This document shows, piece after piece, positions 38,073 to 47,652 of a stretch of 64,000 bases of DNA. The position numbers were made by a program, and so were the translations under genes. The stretch's first letter is position 1. Each line of letters starts with the position of its first letter. The stretch spans positions 32,001 to 96,000 of IMG/VR virus record IMGVR_UViG_3300005573_000055, one strand, 5' to 3'. The notes beneath the pieces are model-generated. The model saw only the letters and a program-made list of their open reading frames with translations, had not been told where the DNA came from and did no database searches. This DNA is from a virus.

Positions 38073-41000
38073 CTACAAAGTCTGCTGCATAGATAATAAA
38101 CACAATACATTGTCAATGAACTCTGATGAAAGTCTATAATATGATATATCTTTGTAGACATCACGGTTTAGGTACAAATTAGCAAGATTCTGCATGCTGC
38201 TTTCCCAGATATCGTCGTTTTTGCTTAGAATAGACATATCCTTGCCATTTGGCAATGTTGATATAATGGAAAACATACGGTTTTTCTGAGCAAGCTTTGC
38301 AACCTTTAGGAATTTCTTAATCATATCAGCACTGATAGAATGATTAGCATACAGATCCTGTGCAACTTCTTTATAGTTAAAGTATGGCAAGTAGTATTTT
38401 GAAAACGCAGAAGAGCCTGAGTCATTATGCTTGATACCTCGAATTACATAATCTTGAACTATTTTGCTATAGAGAAATTGCACATAAAGCATCTCATCGT
38501 AAGTCAGTTCTCCATTGAGATAAGCAAACTCGCTTGCGGCATTGAACTTCCAAAGAGACGATGTAGCTTTACCAACATCTGCTTTCGCAATTACAGCATT
38601 TGTAAATGTATTTACAAACCATGACTTTTCAATTATGTGAAACTTAAATTTAGCATTGTGGTCAAATGCTTTGGCAAGCTCATCGTTGAGATAGCTGTCT
38701 GTCCACTCCTGCTCATAGTTCTTTAATTTGTAATTATTCTCTTTGTAGTATCTATCTAATCTTTGTTGAATTTCTTTGTCAAAGATTATACATACTGGAT
38801 AGAGGTCTCCATCGCAGTCCGATTGATCAAGCAATATATCATATGGTGATCTTAAGACACATCCTTCGATAGAATAGATATCAATATATTTACTTAGACT
38901 GATACCTTGTGCTTTGATATGCTTTTCAAATTGTCTGCGTGTCCATACTTGTTTTACTTGAAATTGATGTCTCCAGATAACAGGATTTCTAACGCCTATT
39001 TCATAGATAGGCATATCTTCATTTTCGGCACGAAATGCAACAATCTTTTTTTCAAGCTCTTTATCTATAACAACAGAAATACCTTGCGGTATAAAAGCGC
39101 ATAACATTTGCTTAAAGTAGCCACCATATCCATTTACCGCTACTGCTGAGGCAAGGTATCCATGCTTTTCAAATAGTTTGAATATTATTCTCTTCTTGAG
39201 AATTTCATTGATAATTGTGATTCTGTCGTATAGAGTATTTTCATCAATTGATCTTTTAACATAGTCTCGCAAGTTTCGGTATATCATGCCAATTTGAACA
39301 GCAAAGTCGTTAATCACATAGATACTGTTTATTCCAAAAGAAATAGCAACGTTAGATATCATTCTTAGAGATGGCAGTTTAATATATCTACTGCCCACCT
39401 TAAGTGTTAAACCATTAGGAAAGAGTTTAATAATTTTGTTGTTTAAGAACTCACTGGGATTTTTAGCTATCATGATATTCATTTCAAGAAGCATAGCACG
39501 AATCTCTGAGCTTTCAATACTTACAGCATTGTCTATGTCTTCTTGACTAACAACAAAGTAGCTTATAATTTCGCGCAAGAACTGCTGTGAATAAGCATCA
39601 GAGTATTTATCAAGGAGCTTATAGGTAATTTCTTCAAGATCAGCGTTGTTCGATGTAAGCATTATCTTTAAGGTCTCAGGCATAATACGTATAAAGTCGG
39701 TCTTATAGTCAGCTGAGAGTTCTGTAACACCAAAGGTTACGTATCCGCAGTAGACATCATAGACTTTTCCGTTGTAATGCCATTTGACCATTCTTAGATC
39801 GCTGCATAAAGCTTCTATGTCGTCTTCACTTAGTGAACTTGGATCTATGTAAGTATGAGTTTCCTTTAGAACATTTTTAAGCGCTATCCATGAGAGTTTA
39901 AGACCATTGTTTAAGCTTTTCATGGATACAGGGCCTAATACCATACTTACAGGAAACCTGTTGTCTTCCCCTTCTTCAAGAATATCTTCAGGTAATTCTA
40001 CATAGCCTAAATTTCTATATGGAATAGTAACACCTTTAAGGCCGATTTCGTTGATAATTCTTGATACACCAATGCCAGTTTTAATTTGAAGCGTGATTTT
40101 GTATAAATCATCCTGCAGTTCTACAGATTGAATTACAGCACCAGGATACTTAAAGTTATATATAAGCTCATTTTCCCCGTTATAGTTTATTGCAATTGGA
40201 TCTCCGGGTTTAAGAATTGTTCCAACTGGCATTACGTAGACATCTTTTTTGCAAAGAAGTACTCTTGATGAATAAACTTGTCTTTCAGAGAGTTCTTTGC
40301 TGATAGGTATTTCTCCCCCAATAAGGGAATATTTGCCAAATGGGCTGTCTTCTTTATCCCCGATGTTTAGAAATATGCAAAGCGCACCAATTTTCTCGGC
40401 TGGATAATCCTCTGGCATAAGAGGATCTTTTTCTGGCATTACAGGACGTTTATATTCAGACGTAATATGCTGACGGAGTCTTTCTGGAATATTGGATTTT
40501 TTTGGGAATATGGTTATTATCTTTTCAGAGTCTCTATAGAATCCTGGAGCTTTATATTCATCGTGCTCTTTACAGAATATACCTTCTGCCGCCGATGTTA
40601 CAGATATGAGATTGCTAAATTTATCAATAATACTTCTAAGTTTCTTCTTAGCACGTATAACATTACCGTAAAGCAAGGCATCTCCTATATACTCATAATA
40701 GATGTTGTCTTTCTCACTAACAAATGGATTAATGACAAATACTCGGTTGTTTATCTTAGCAGCATTGTTTCTTGTCCAGATATCAGCTTTGTACTGAAGC
40801 TCATTTATTCTGGAAATATAGTGTCTGAGTCTTGATATGATATTGTAATCTGAGTTTGAATGACTTCTGTAGAACTTGTAAAGTGTATCATAAATTACAA
40901 GTCTATAGAACTGTTTAAGATTAAACTCTTTCTCTGAGATGTCATATATGTAAATGTATGGATACTCAGATACAACATCTTTAGGTATATCAACGTATAT

Positions 41001-41195
41001 ATCTGTAAAGCTTATTCTTATAGAAGAGCTATTTTCATCAGAATCGATAAAGAATGAATCGATGTTGTAGTTAAATACATCGAAGATTTCTTCGATGCTT
41101 TTATCTATATACAGCTCATAATTAGCAGGAAAGAATGTATTTGCTTTATAGTTCTGGTCTAATTGAGTTAATGTGCTGTTGATATTCTCGTTCAT
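38073..41195 (-). CDS. single-polypeptide two-barrel DNA-dependent RNA polymerase
   Basis: SDCDGD (DxDGD, 38805-38819) and VRNPVI (RxP) beta-prime-like motifs, plus SRIINEIGLKGVT resembling the beta-subunit K...GxKG motif. Confidence 0.7.
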   Translation of the reverse strand: MNENINSTLTQLDQNYKANTFFPANYELYIDKSIEEIFDVFNYNIDSFFIDSDENSSSIRISFTDIYVDIPKDVVSEYPYIYIYDISEKEFNLKQFYRLVIYDTLYKFYRSHSNSDYNIISRLRHYISRINELQYKADIWTRNNAAKINNRVFVINPFVSEKDNIYYEYIGDALLYGNVIRAKKKLRSIIDKFSNLISVTSAAEGIFCKEHDEYKAPGFYRDSEKIITIFPKKSNIPERLRQHITSEYKRPVMPEKDPLMPEDYPAEKIGALCIFLNIGDKEDSPFGKYSLIGGEIPISKELSERQVYSSRVLLCKKDVYVMPVGTILKPGDPIAINYNGENELIYNFKYPGAVIQSVELQDDLYKITLQIKTGIGVSRIINEIGLKGVTIPYRNLGYVELPEDILEEGEDNRFPVSMVLGPVSMKSLNNGLKLSWIALKNVLKETHTYIDPSSLSEDDIEALCSDLRMVKWHYNGKVYDVYCGYVTFGVTELSADYKTDFIRIMPETLKIMLTSNNADLEEITYKLLDKYSDAYSQQFLREIISYFVVSQEDIDNAVSIESSEIRAMLLEMNIMIAKNPSEFLNNKIIKLFPNGLTLKVGSRYIKLPSLRMISNVAISFGINSIYVINDFAVQIGMIYRNLRDYVKRSIDENTLYDRITIINEILKKRIIFKLFEKHGYLASAVAVNGYGGYFKQMLCAFIPQGISVVIDKELEKKIVAFRAENEDMPIYEIGVRNPVIWRHQFQVKQVWTRRQFEKHIKAQGISLSKYIDIYSIEGCVLRSPYDILLDQSDCDGDLYPVCIIFDKEIQQRLDRYYKENNYKLKNYEQEWTDSYLNDELAKAFDHNAKFKFHIIEKSWFVNTFTNAVIAKADVGKATSSLWKFNAASEFAYLNGELTYDEMLYVQFLYSKIVQDYVIRGIKHNDSGSSAFSKYYLPYFNYKEVAQDLYANHSISADMIKKFLKVAKLAQKNRMFSIISTLPNGKDMSILSKNDDIWESSMQNLANLYLNRDVYKDISYYRLSSEFIDNVLCLLSMQQTL

Positions 41196-41664
41196 TGATG
41201 ACTTCCTTCAGTAAGTTTATGCTATTAAGAATACTTTGCCTTAGTGTGCCGTTGTAGATTGAATGTACTATAACTGAAGACTTTGACAGGTTATAGGAAC
41301 CATAAATATATTTATTAATCAGCCTGAAATACTTGTCGTGCTTTCCTGAAAGCACAAAGGCACCAAGCATCAATGTTGGTTCAGATACTTTTCTAAATGT
41401 CCATGTCAATGTAGTTTTGATTAGTGAAGCAGTATATCCTGGCAGAAGATATAAATTACCGATAGATTGATTATCTACAGTATCCCTTACTGGAGATATA
41501 ATTATAGGAATACATGGCAGCACTGGCTTTACGTTTGCACTTCCATCTTTGTTTGTAACAGCGGTGGAGAATTCGATGAAGTCTTTGACAAGCTCAAAAG
41601 ACTTATTACCAAGGATGATTTTAGTTTCCTTGTAGGTTATAATTTCATTGAATTCTTTGTTCAT
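41146..41664 (-). CDS. hypothetical protein
   Basis: 172 aa; AGGAG RBS; overlaps the RNAP start. Confidence 0.55.
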   Translation of the reverse strand: MNKEFNEIITYKETKIILGNKSFELVKDFIEFSTAVTNKDGSANVKPVLPCIPIIISPVRDTVDNQSIGNLYLLPGYTASLIKTTLTWTFRKVSEPTLMLGAFVLSGKHDKYFRLINKYIYGSYNLSKSSVIVHSIYNGTLRQSILNSINLLKEVINEREYQQHINSIRPEL

Positions 41665-41752
41665 TTGATTCTCCTATGATATAACTTAATGCTTTTTAAG
41701 TGCTGGCATAGGCTTGGTATGCCAGCTACAGTAGACCAGCAGGCTTTTGCAT

Positions 41753-41938
41753 TTAGAAGCTGCTAATTGCTCCTAACAATCCAGCCATTGTTAGAAACAA
41801 TCTTCCAATCAGATACAGAAGACGTCCTGCGCCAGCACTAAACAGAAGTATTATTCCCATAAGTATTAGTGCTGCAATCAAGGTTAGTCTTTCTGCACTG
41901 CCTTGGAGTCTTCTAAATACAGCTATTGCTTGTTGCAT
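41753..41938 (-). CDS. small membrane protein
   Basis: two hydrophobic segments; AGGAGG RBS. Confidence 0.6.
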   Translation of the reverse strand: MQQAIAVFRRLQGSAERLTLIAALILMGIILLFSAGAGRLLYLIGRLFLTMAGLLGAISSF

Positions 41939-41955
41939 ATATCCTCCTGCTGGGT

Positions 41956-42564
41956 TTATGTGGATAAGGCAATCTGTCCTGCTTTGACTCCAAGTAGTTC
42001 TTTTAGAGATTCTCTTGTAATAGTAATTACATTGTCAGACTTGGCTGATAAATTTATGTTACTGTCAAGGAAAGAGAATGTCACACGAAGGTTTTCAGTA
42101 TCATAATGAACAATCAGTTGTGATATTACATCCTTTGTAAGACTTTCTTTGGATAGGCTTACCATATATTCAGCATAAGTAAACGGATAATAGCTGTGAT
42201 ATAAGTCAGTGTATCGTGTAAGTATACGATTAAACTCAATAAAGTCCTCCATATTATATTTGGATGTAATGAAGATATTATTAATCCTAGTAGCATTTTG
42301 TTGGAATTCTGCTATAACACCTATTTTTTTGCTTCGACATAGAGATATTATATCATATTCATCCTCCGGCCTAATGGTTATTGGATTGATTAGCTTACAG
42401 AATTTGACTATTACTTCGTTTAGTGCAACTTTATCAGTTGCTCTTTGATCTTGGATATTTTCCATAGCGCACACTCTTATTTTTGACAATTGAAAACTAA
42501 CACCTATTTGAATCTGAGTGATGCTACAATAAAGTTTCTGAAAAGCGACTATTTCATTTATCAA
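41956..42564 (-). CDS. hypothetical protein
   Basis: 202 aa ORF; true start probably the internal ATG (MENIQ). Confidence 0.45.
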   Translation of the reverse strand: MINEIVAFQKLYCSITQIQIGVSFQLSKIRVCAMENIQDQRATDKVALNEVIVKFCKLINPITIRPEDEYDIISLCRSKKIGVIAEFQQNATRINNIFITSKYNMEDFIEFNRILTRYTDLYHSYYPFTYAEYMVSLSKESLTKDVISQLIVHYDTENLRVTFSFLDSNINLSAKSDNVITITRESLKELLGVKAGQIALST

Positions 42565-42586
42565 AAGAAATCCTTATAATTGCATT

Positions 42587-43351
42587 ATGACTATGATATT
42601 GTCAGTCGTTTCGCGAAAAGGAGGCACTGGTAAGACTACTACAGCAGTCAACCTTGCCGCATATTTGTCGGATAATTTCCGTGTACTGCTTATTGACATT
42701 GACTCACAATGCGGGGCTACCTATGAGTCGGGAATATACAATACAGACACTCCAGGCATAAATGATCTACTTACTGGCAAGAAATCTGTTGAAGAGGTGT
42801 TGCATAAAACTACATATAAGTATGACATGATTATATCAACTCCCATGCTTTCATTTACAGAAATGTCTATGAATAGGTATAATACTAATTACCTTAAGAA
42901 GCTTATATCTCCTATTGAAGATAGATATGATATTATCATTATAGATACACCGCCTACAGAATCACCATTGACTGCTTTCTCTATAGTGGCATCAACGCAT
43001 ATAATTATCACAGCTCAAACTGATCGTCGTTCCCTTGATAGTTTAGCTTTAACAGTTGATGAGGTTTATATTCTTAAAGAAAATGTAAATCCAAACCTTA
43101 AGATTATAGGCATACTCCCTACAATGCATTATTCAAAAGCCATAGTAAGCAGAGTCATGTTAGAGAAGATGCAGGAAAAGTATAAGGAGTTAGTGTTGCC
43201 GTTTATCGTCAAGTATAGTGCTGTATATAAGGAAGCATCTCTTGCATCGATACCTTTAAGATATTATCTCAATAAGTCTGCACTTGAGGATGAACCATAT
43301 AATAAACTTGCAACATATATAGGTGATATATGTCGAAATTCAACGAACTAA
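42587..43351 (+). CDS. parA: ParA/Soj partition ATPase (type Ib, no N-terminal HTH)
   Basis: RKGGTGKTTTAVNLAA deviant Walker A, LLIDIDSQ, YDIIIIDTPP and GILPTM motifs. Confidence 0.95.
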   Translation: MTMILSVVSRKGGTGKTTTAVNLAAYLSDNFRVLLIDIDSQCGATYESGIYNTDTPGINDLLTGKKSVEEVLHKTTYKYDMIISTPMLSFTEMSMNRYNTNYLKKLISPIEDRYDIIIIDTPPTESPLTAFSIVASTHIIITAQTDRRSLDSLALTVDEVYILKENVNPNLKIIGILPTMHYSKAIVSRVMLEKMQEKYKELVLPFIVKYSAVYKEASLASIPLRYYLNKSALEDEPYNKLATYIGDICRNSTN

Positions 43352-43665
43352 GAAAGATGTACGAAAGACAGTCTCAGCAGATTACTGAGAAGATTGTCAT
43401 CACTGAAAAGATTAGCACTCCAGAAATTCCACAGAGCCAACAGATTGAGCCAAATGATATAAAGCTATTAATCTCTCAGATTCCTATTCAAAGATTTGAC
43501 TATAAGACCACAGTTTTCTTAACTGAAGAAGACTATCTTATGGTCAAACGCATTTTATACAAGCTTCAGCAAAGGAACAGGAAGATGACTTTTCGGCAGT
43601 TAATACACATAATGATACAAAAAGCTGGGTCAGAGATTGAAAAATTTTTAGACGGTCAGTCGTAA
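43330..43665 (+). CDS. putative centromere-binding partner of ParA (ParG-like ribbon-helix-helix)
   Basis: overlaps parA; flexible N-terminus, C-terminal KTTVFLTEEDY strand-helix-helix; abuts the repeat array. Confidence 0.65.
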   Translation: MSKFNELRKMYERQSQQITEKIVITEKISTPEIPQSQQIEPNDIKLLISQIPIQRFDYKTTVFLTEEDYLMVKRILYKLQQRNRKMTFRQLIHIMIQKAGSEIEKFLDGQS

Positions 43666-44060
43666 AGTCATATAGTCATAAAAGCATATCCTCATAAAGT
43701 AATACTATCATAAATGCGTATAACCATAAAACCGTATTATCACAAAGTCATACTGCCGTAAAGCTATAATATCATATAGTCATGCTTTCATAAAGTCATA
43801 AAATCATACTGCCGTAAAGTCGTACCTTAACAAAGTCATAAAGTCGTAAAGTCGTAAAGTCATATTATCACATAGTCATTCTTTCACAAAAGCATAAAGT
43901 CATAAAATCATATAGTCGCACTTTCATAGAACCATAAAGTCATATTATAATAAAGTCATACTATCATACAGCCATAAAATCATAATGTAGTAAAGTCATA
44001 CTATTATATAGTAATAAAGCCATACATTCTTAGAATCATAAAGTCATAAAATCATAAAGT
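43661..44060 (+). repeat. 50 x 8-bp tandem array, consensus CATAAAGT (putative parS/parC centromere)
   Basis: 400 bp stays in 8-bp register with no indel; directly downstream of parA and its partner. Confidence 0.85.
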
Positions 44061-44858
44061 ATCAGTATTGCCAGACTGGCCTGTAATGTTAAGAAGCTGC
44101 TTTAACATATGCTCATTGATATAGATATCTTCATCGAACTCTTTAATTTCAGCAGGGAGATTTGGTTTGTTAGAATAAGAGTTTACAACTTCTTCAACAA
44201 GATAATCTATATCAGGACTTTTGCTGAAAGTTTCTTCTACCACTTCTTCATCTACAAGCTGCTCAGTCGGCATCTCTTGAATATTGCTTGATTTAGTGCT
44301 TACGGGCAGAGAACTTAGAGAGTTAATCTCTATATTTAACTTGCTTTCAGTGGTCTTGGAAAGTGTTTTCTTCTGTGCCGGAGGAGTACTTTCAGTCTTT
44401 ACCTCTTTGCTTTTAGGACTTACAGCTGGAATAGTAATCTTTTTCAATATAGCTTTTACTTTACCTGTAAGTTCATTAAACGATTTTGGTTTATGGTTTT
44501 CAATATGAAAATTACTGCCATAAATATAGATAGACAGATACATATCTGCAAGCTTTGCAAATACAATAAAGTTATATCCATAAACAGCTAAACTTCGGCT
44601 TGAAATTCCAACTCTTATAAATATGTGAGCAGTATTTTGGACGTCGATGCTTTGACCTAACTGTTTAATATAGGCCAATACTTGAAAACCTTTGGCTTTG
44701 AGCTCATCGACGAATTTGTATTTGTCATCCCTTGAAATCTGTCCAGCTGGGAGCTTATTAAAAGCTTCACCGATAATCTCCATAGTTGGAATCAGCTTTT
44801 CATCTGATTTAAGCACGACAACGTCGTCTAAGACGACGTAAATTGATTTTTTGTCCAT
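44052..44858 (-). CDS. hypothetical protein
   Basis: ATG at 44858 (MDKKS) with AAGGAG RBS. Confidence 0.55.
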   Translation of the reverse strand: MDKKSIYVVLDDVVVLKSDEKLIPTMEIIGEAFNKLPAGQISRDDKYKFVDELKAKGFQVLAYIKQLGQSIDVQNTAHIFIRVGISSRSLAVYGYNFIVFAKLADMYLSIYIYGSNFHIENHKPKSFNELTGKVKAILKKITIPAVSPKSKEVKTESTPPAQKKTLSKTTESKLNIEINSLSSLPVSTKSSNIQEMPTEQLVDEEVVEETFSKSPDIDYLVEEVVNSYSNKPNLPAEIKEFDEDIYINEHMLKQLLNITGQSGNTDTL

Positions 44859-44876
44859 TGATTTCTCCTTATATAT

Positions 44877-44952
44877 TGTCTGACAGCGCCTTTTATTTAA
44901 AGCTTTGTCTGACACCTGTAAGACGCCTTTTAATGGAACGCTTTGTCTTACA
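44877..44952. promoter_or_regulatory. cluster of TGTCn(G/T)ACA palindromic operator-like sites
   Basis: TGTCTGACA at 44877 and 44906, TGTAAGACG at 44917, TGTCTTACA at 44944, in the divergent promoter region of the RHH gene. Confidence 0.5.
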
Positions 44953-45014
44953 TGATTGCTATTGACCTGAATATTATTGCTTGCTTATTTTTGTGTATCA
45001 CAAATGGAGGAACC

Positions 45015-45239
45015 ATGTTTACAAAATACGACGCAAAACTTGACTTGAGAATTAGCAAAGAATATAAAGAATTTCTGCGTCAGCTATCACTTGAAGCTAA
45101 GCAACCAATGTCAAAACTTGCAAGAGAGTACCTTGAAAGCACTCTCCGCAAGATATACAGAAAGAAATTCAGTAATAAAGATGCTCAAAGCGATGCTTTA
45201 CCTCCTTCTGGCGAGAATAATAGCGGGGCAGGGGAGTGA
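45015..45239 (+). CDS. ribbon-helix-helix (CopG/Arc-like) regulator
   Basis: KLDLRISKEYKEFLRQLS...MSKLAREYLE; GGAGG RBS before ATG at 45015. Confidence 0.75.
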   Translation: MFTKYDAKLDLRISKEYKEFLRQLSLEAKQPMSKLAREYLESTLRKIYRKKFSNKDAQSDALPPSGENNSGAGE

Positions 45240-45877
45240 CTTGCTTCTAGCGAGGGCACATAAGCTTTTCTTAAAAGCTTAATTATCATCATTGCATCAA
45301 AGTATGCATCATGTATGTGCTCTGTTGCCTCTTGATAGTTAAAGCCTGCTCTCATAATACATTCTTCCAAAGATGGAGGTTCAGTATCTGTAGACCAGTT
45401 AATGTATAATATCGATGGATCCAAATACCTCTGTCTAATAGCAATTCTATCCTTCCAGCCAGGAAGCCTTTCAAGAAACAATTTGTCAAAGGCACCAAAG
45501 TTTTTTCCTGCACAGGTAATTCTTATTCTATCATCCCAGTCAAGCTTAAAGCCATGGTCTATAAGCCAGCTTGCAACTTCATACACTACATTACTTTCAT
45601 GTAAGAGTTCCATTTCGATATCTTTACCGCCGCAGTTGTAGGTAACTGTACTTTTACTAGATTTTGTTTCGCCTAAAAGCTTTATGATTTTGCTGTTTAA
45701 TGCCATAGCCTTCATGTCCCCAGATATACGATTTCTTTTAATACCTATATTAAGGTAGGGGGGATTCGGAACTGGACGTTCTGTATCTTCCAATATCATT
45801 GCTATTTGAAGAATTTGGTCTTGTTCTGGATTTAAACCAGTTGTTTCTACATCAACAGAAATGTATTTCATTGTCAC
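45185..45877 (-). CDS. DEDDh 3'-5' exonuclease (DnaQ/oligoribonuclease-like)
   Basis: ISVDVETTG, NFGAFD and HDAYFD motifs. Confidence 0.85.
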   Translation of the reverse strand: MTMKYISVDVETTGLNPEQDQILQIAMILEDTERPVPNPPYLNIGIKRNRISGDMKAMALNSKIIKLLGETKSSKSTVTYNCGGKDIEMELLHESNVVYEVASWLIDHGFKLDWDDRIRITCAGKNFGAFDKLFLERLPGWKDRIAIRQRYLDPSILYINWSTDTEPPSLEECIMRAGFNYQEATEHIHDAYFDAMMIIKLLRKAYVPSLEASHSPAPLLFSPEGGKASL

Positions 45878-46371
45878 CTCACAAATTTATCACAGATTAT
45901 TTTATTTACAACCTTTATAGTTTTTTGATAGTTGCTATATATGTAGTAGTAATACTTAATTGCAGCGCGTGGACTTTCAAAGAAGATATGAAACTTCTTT
46001 GTACGTGGATAATATGCTGCCATAATTGTTGCGGCAATTAAGTCTAAGTTTTTGTAACGATAATGAGAAAAGTATTGCAGTTTCCCACCACTTACACTAA
46101 TTGGTACACAGAAGTCACTTGTCTTTACCTCGGCTGAACCGTGAAAATATTTATAGATGTCAAGTAATTTTAACACCATGTCAATATATTTATAGTATAA
46201 GCCAATATCTTCAATCTCATATGTTAGATGCTTTCTTCTTATGTCATGAATCTCTGTAATGTAAGTTACAGGCTCTTTAAATACACTATTGATAAGCTTT
46301 TCTCCTAAAGCATCAAATTTAAGCCTTTCGGATACAATCATGACATATTCAAACCGCTCATCTTTAATCAT
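45874..46371 (-). CDS. hypothetical protein
   Basis: 165 aa ORF within the operon. Confidence 0.5.
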   Translation of the reverse strand: MIKDERFEYVMIVSERLKFDALGEKLINSVFKEPVTYITEIHDIRRKHLTYEIEDIGLYYKYIDMVLKLLDIYKYFHGSAEVKTSDFCVPISVSGGKLQYFSHYRYKNLDLIAATIMAAYYPRTKKFHIFFESPRAAIKYYYYIYSNYQKTIKVVNKIICDKFVR

Positions 46372-46382
46372 GTCAGTATTTC

Positions 46383-47006
46383 CTAAATAGTTTCTTCAAT
46401 CCTGTCGAGCATTAAGTCAGATGTTACTTTTCTAAATCTGTTTATATACTCTTCAGAATATGCACCATAGTATCTTGATATGACTTTCTCAACAAGATTA
46501 TATCTTCCTTTAGATTTTTCCTGATTTGATATTGTTCTTAGTATATAAGCTGATGCTTCTATTGAAACATCAGGCAAGTAGAGTTCCATGTAACTGTGTG
46601 CAATATCTCTATGTTTGAGACTATCAGACCAAAACTCCCAGATGACAGCACTTATACCATGGGCCCTTGTGGTAACAGGTTTACCTTTCACGTGCAGCTT
46701 GATAGGGCTGTGTCTCGCATCTAATCTGTAGTCTGATTCAATCTTAATTATAGCATAAACAAGCAGGGGAGAGATACTGTACTTTTTTGAGTATTGCTCT
46801 ATGGCATTAATGTAAATATTAGTAATTTTCTCTGAGCATCCTATCTTATGCAAATCTTTCCTTATTAAGTATATATCATCGCTAGCAACTTCTGCCTTAA
46901 CAGAGTTGCTTTTACTGTAAATACGACCATAATAAGTACTTAGCGATACCATAGCAGCTAAAGATAAAAGTAATGGCAGTAATATTTTTAACATGCGCTT
47001 ATTCAT
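46383..47006 (-). CDS. lytic transglycosylase (SLT domain) with N-terminal anchor
   Basis: ISPLLVYAIIKIESDY catalytic Glu motif; hydrophobic N-terminus. Confidence 0.8.
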   Translation of the reverse strand: MNKRMLKILLPLLLSLAAMVSLSTYYGRIYSKSNSVKAEVASDDIYLIRKDLHKIGCSEKITNIYINAIEQYSKKYSISPLLVYAIIKIESDYRLDARHSPIKLHVKGKPVTTRAHGISAVIWEFWSDSLKHRDIAHSYMELYLPDVSIEASAYILRTISNQEKSKGRYNLVEKVISRYYGAYSEEYINRFRKVTSDLMLDRIEETI

Positions 47007-47026
47007 ATACCTCCTTAGTATTTATT

Positions 47027-47242
47027 TTAGGATTTCTTTTTGTAGTCATTGACGTAGAAACCTGCGCCTTTAAAGACAAGCATTGTAGAACCTGAATAAG
47101 ATCGGCGCAGAAGCTCACCGCATTTTTCGCAGGTGAGTTTGTCTTTCATATCATCATATTTTTCTACAGGAATGATAAACTCTACAGCTATGTCAAAGTT
47201 TTCACATTCAGTATTGGTGCACTTAAACTCATAGATGGGCAT
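47027..47242 (-). CDS. FmdB-family Zn-ribbon protein
   Basis: MPIYEFKC...CEKCG...FKGAGFYVNDY. Confidence 0.85.
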   Translation of the reverse strand: MPIYEFKCTNTECENFDIAVEFIIPVEKYDDMKDKLTCEKCGELLRRSYSGSTMLVFKGAGFYVNDYKKKS

Positions 47243-47329
47243 AATTTGCCTCCTTAGATTGGTGATAAAAATCTGCACATAATCTATCTTATGTAAACTA
47301 AGTCCTATAAGTTGTTATTTTACAATGAG

Positions 47330-47641
47330 TTATAGGTATGTCTCCTCTGGGTGTTTTATGGATATGAATGACTTAAGATGCTTCTCAAGTTGTTCGTGCA
47401 ATTTTGGATTGCCGCACTCTGTGCAGTAATATTCCAGTATGTAGTCGCTGTCTGAATTTGCATTCATTACATCATATGGATTATCACACATGTTTTCAAT
47501 CATATCTTCAACTGTAAAGCTTGGATGATATTCTACTACAAAAAGGCGTATTTCACCTTTAAGACAATTCCGGCATTTACCTATATTTCTATGTTTATCT
47601 ACCAACTTCTTGAACTTTTCGAAATCCTCATCTGATGTCAT
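47330..47641 (-). CDS. CxxC...CxxC Zn-binding protein (paralog of 48780-49091)
   Basis: KCRNC...CTECGNP; GGAGG RBS. Confidence 0.6.
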   Translation of the reverse strand: MTSDEDFEKFKKLVDKHRNIGKCRNCLKGEIRLFVVEYHPSFTVEDMIENMCDNPYDVMNANSDSDYILEYYCTECGNPKLHEQLEKHLKSFISIKHPEETYL

Positions 47642-47652
47642 TTAAAACCTCC

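Noticed and set aside
43661-44060. CRISPR array or coding repeat
   Set aside because: It has a continuous 8-bp period with no spacers, the period is not a multiple of 3, and no ORF spans it.
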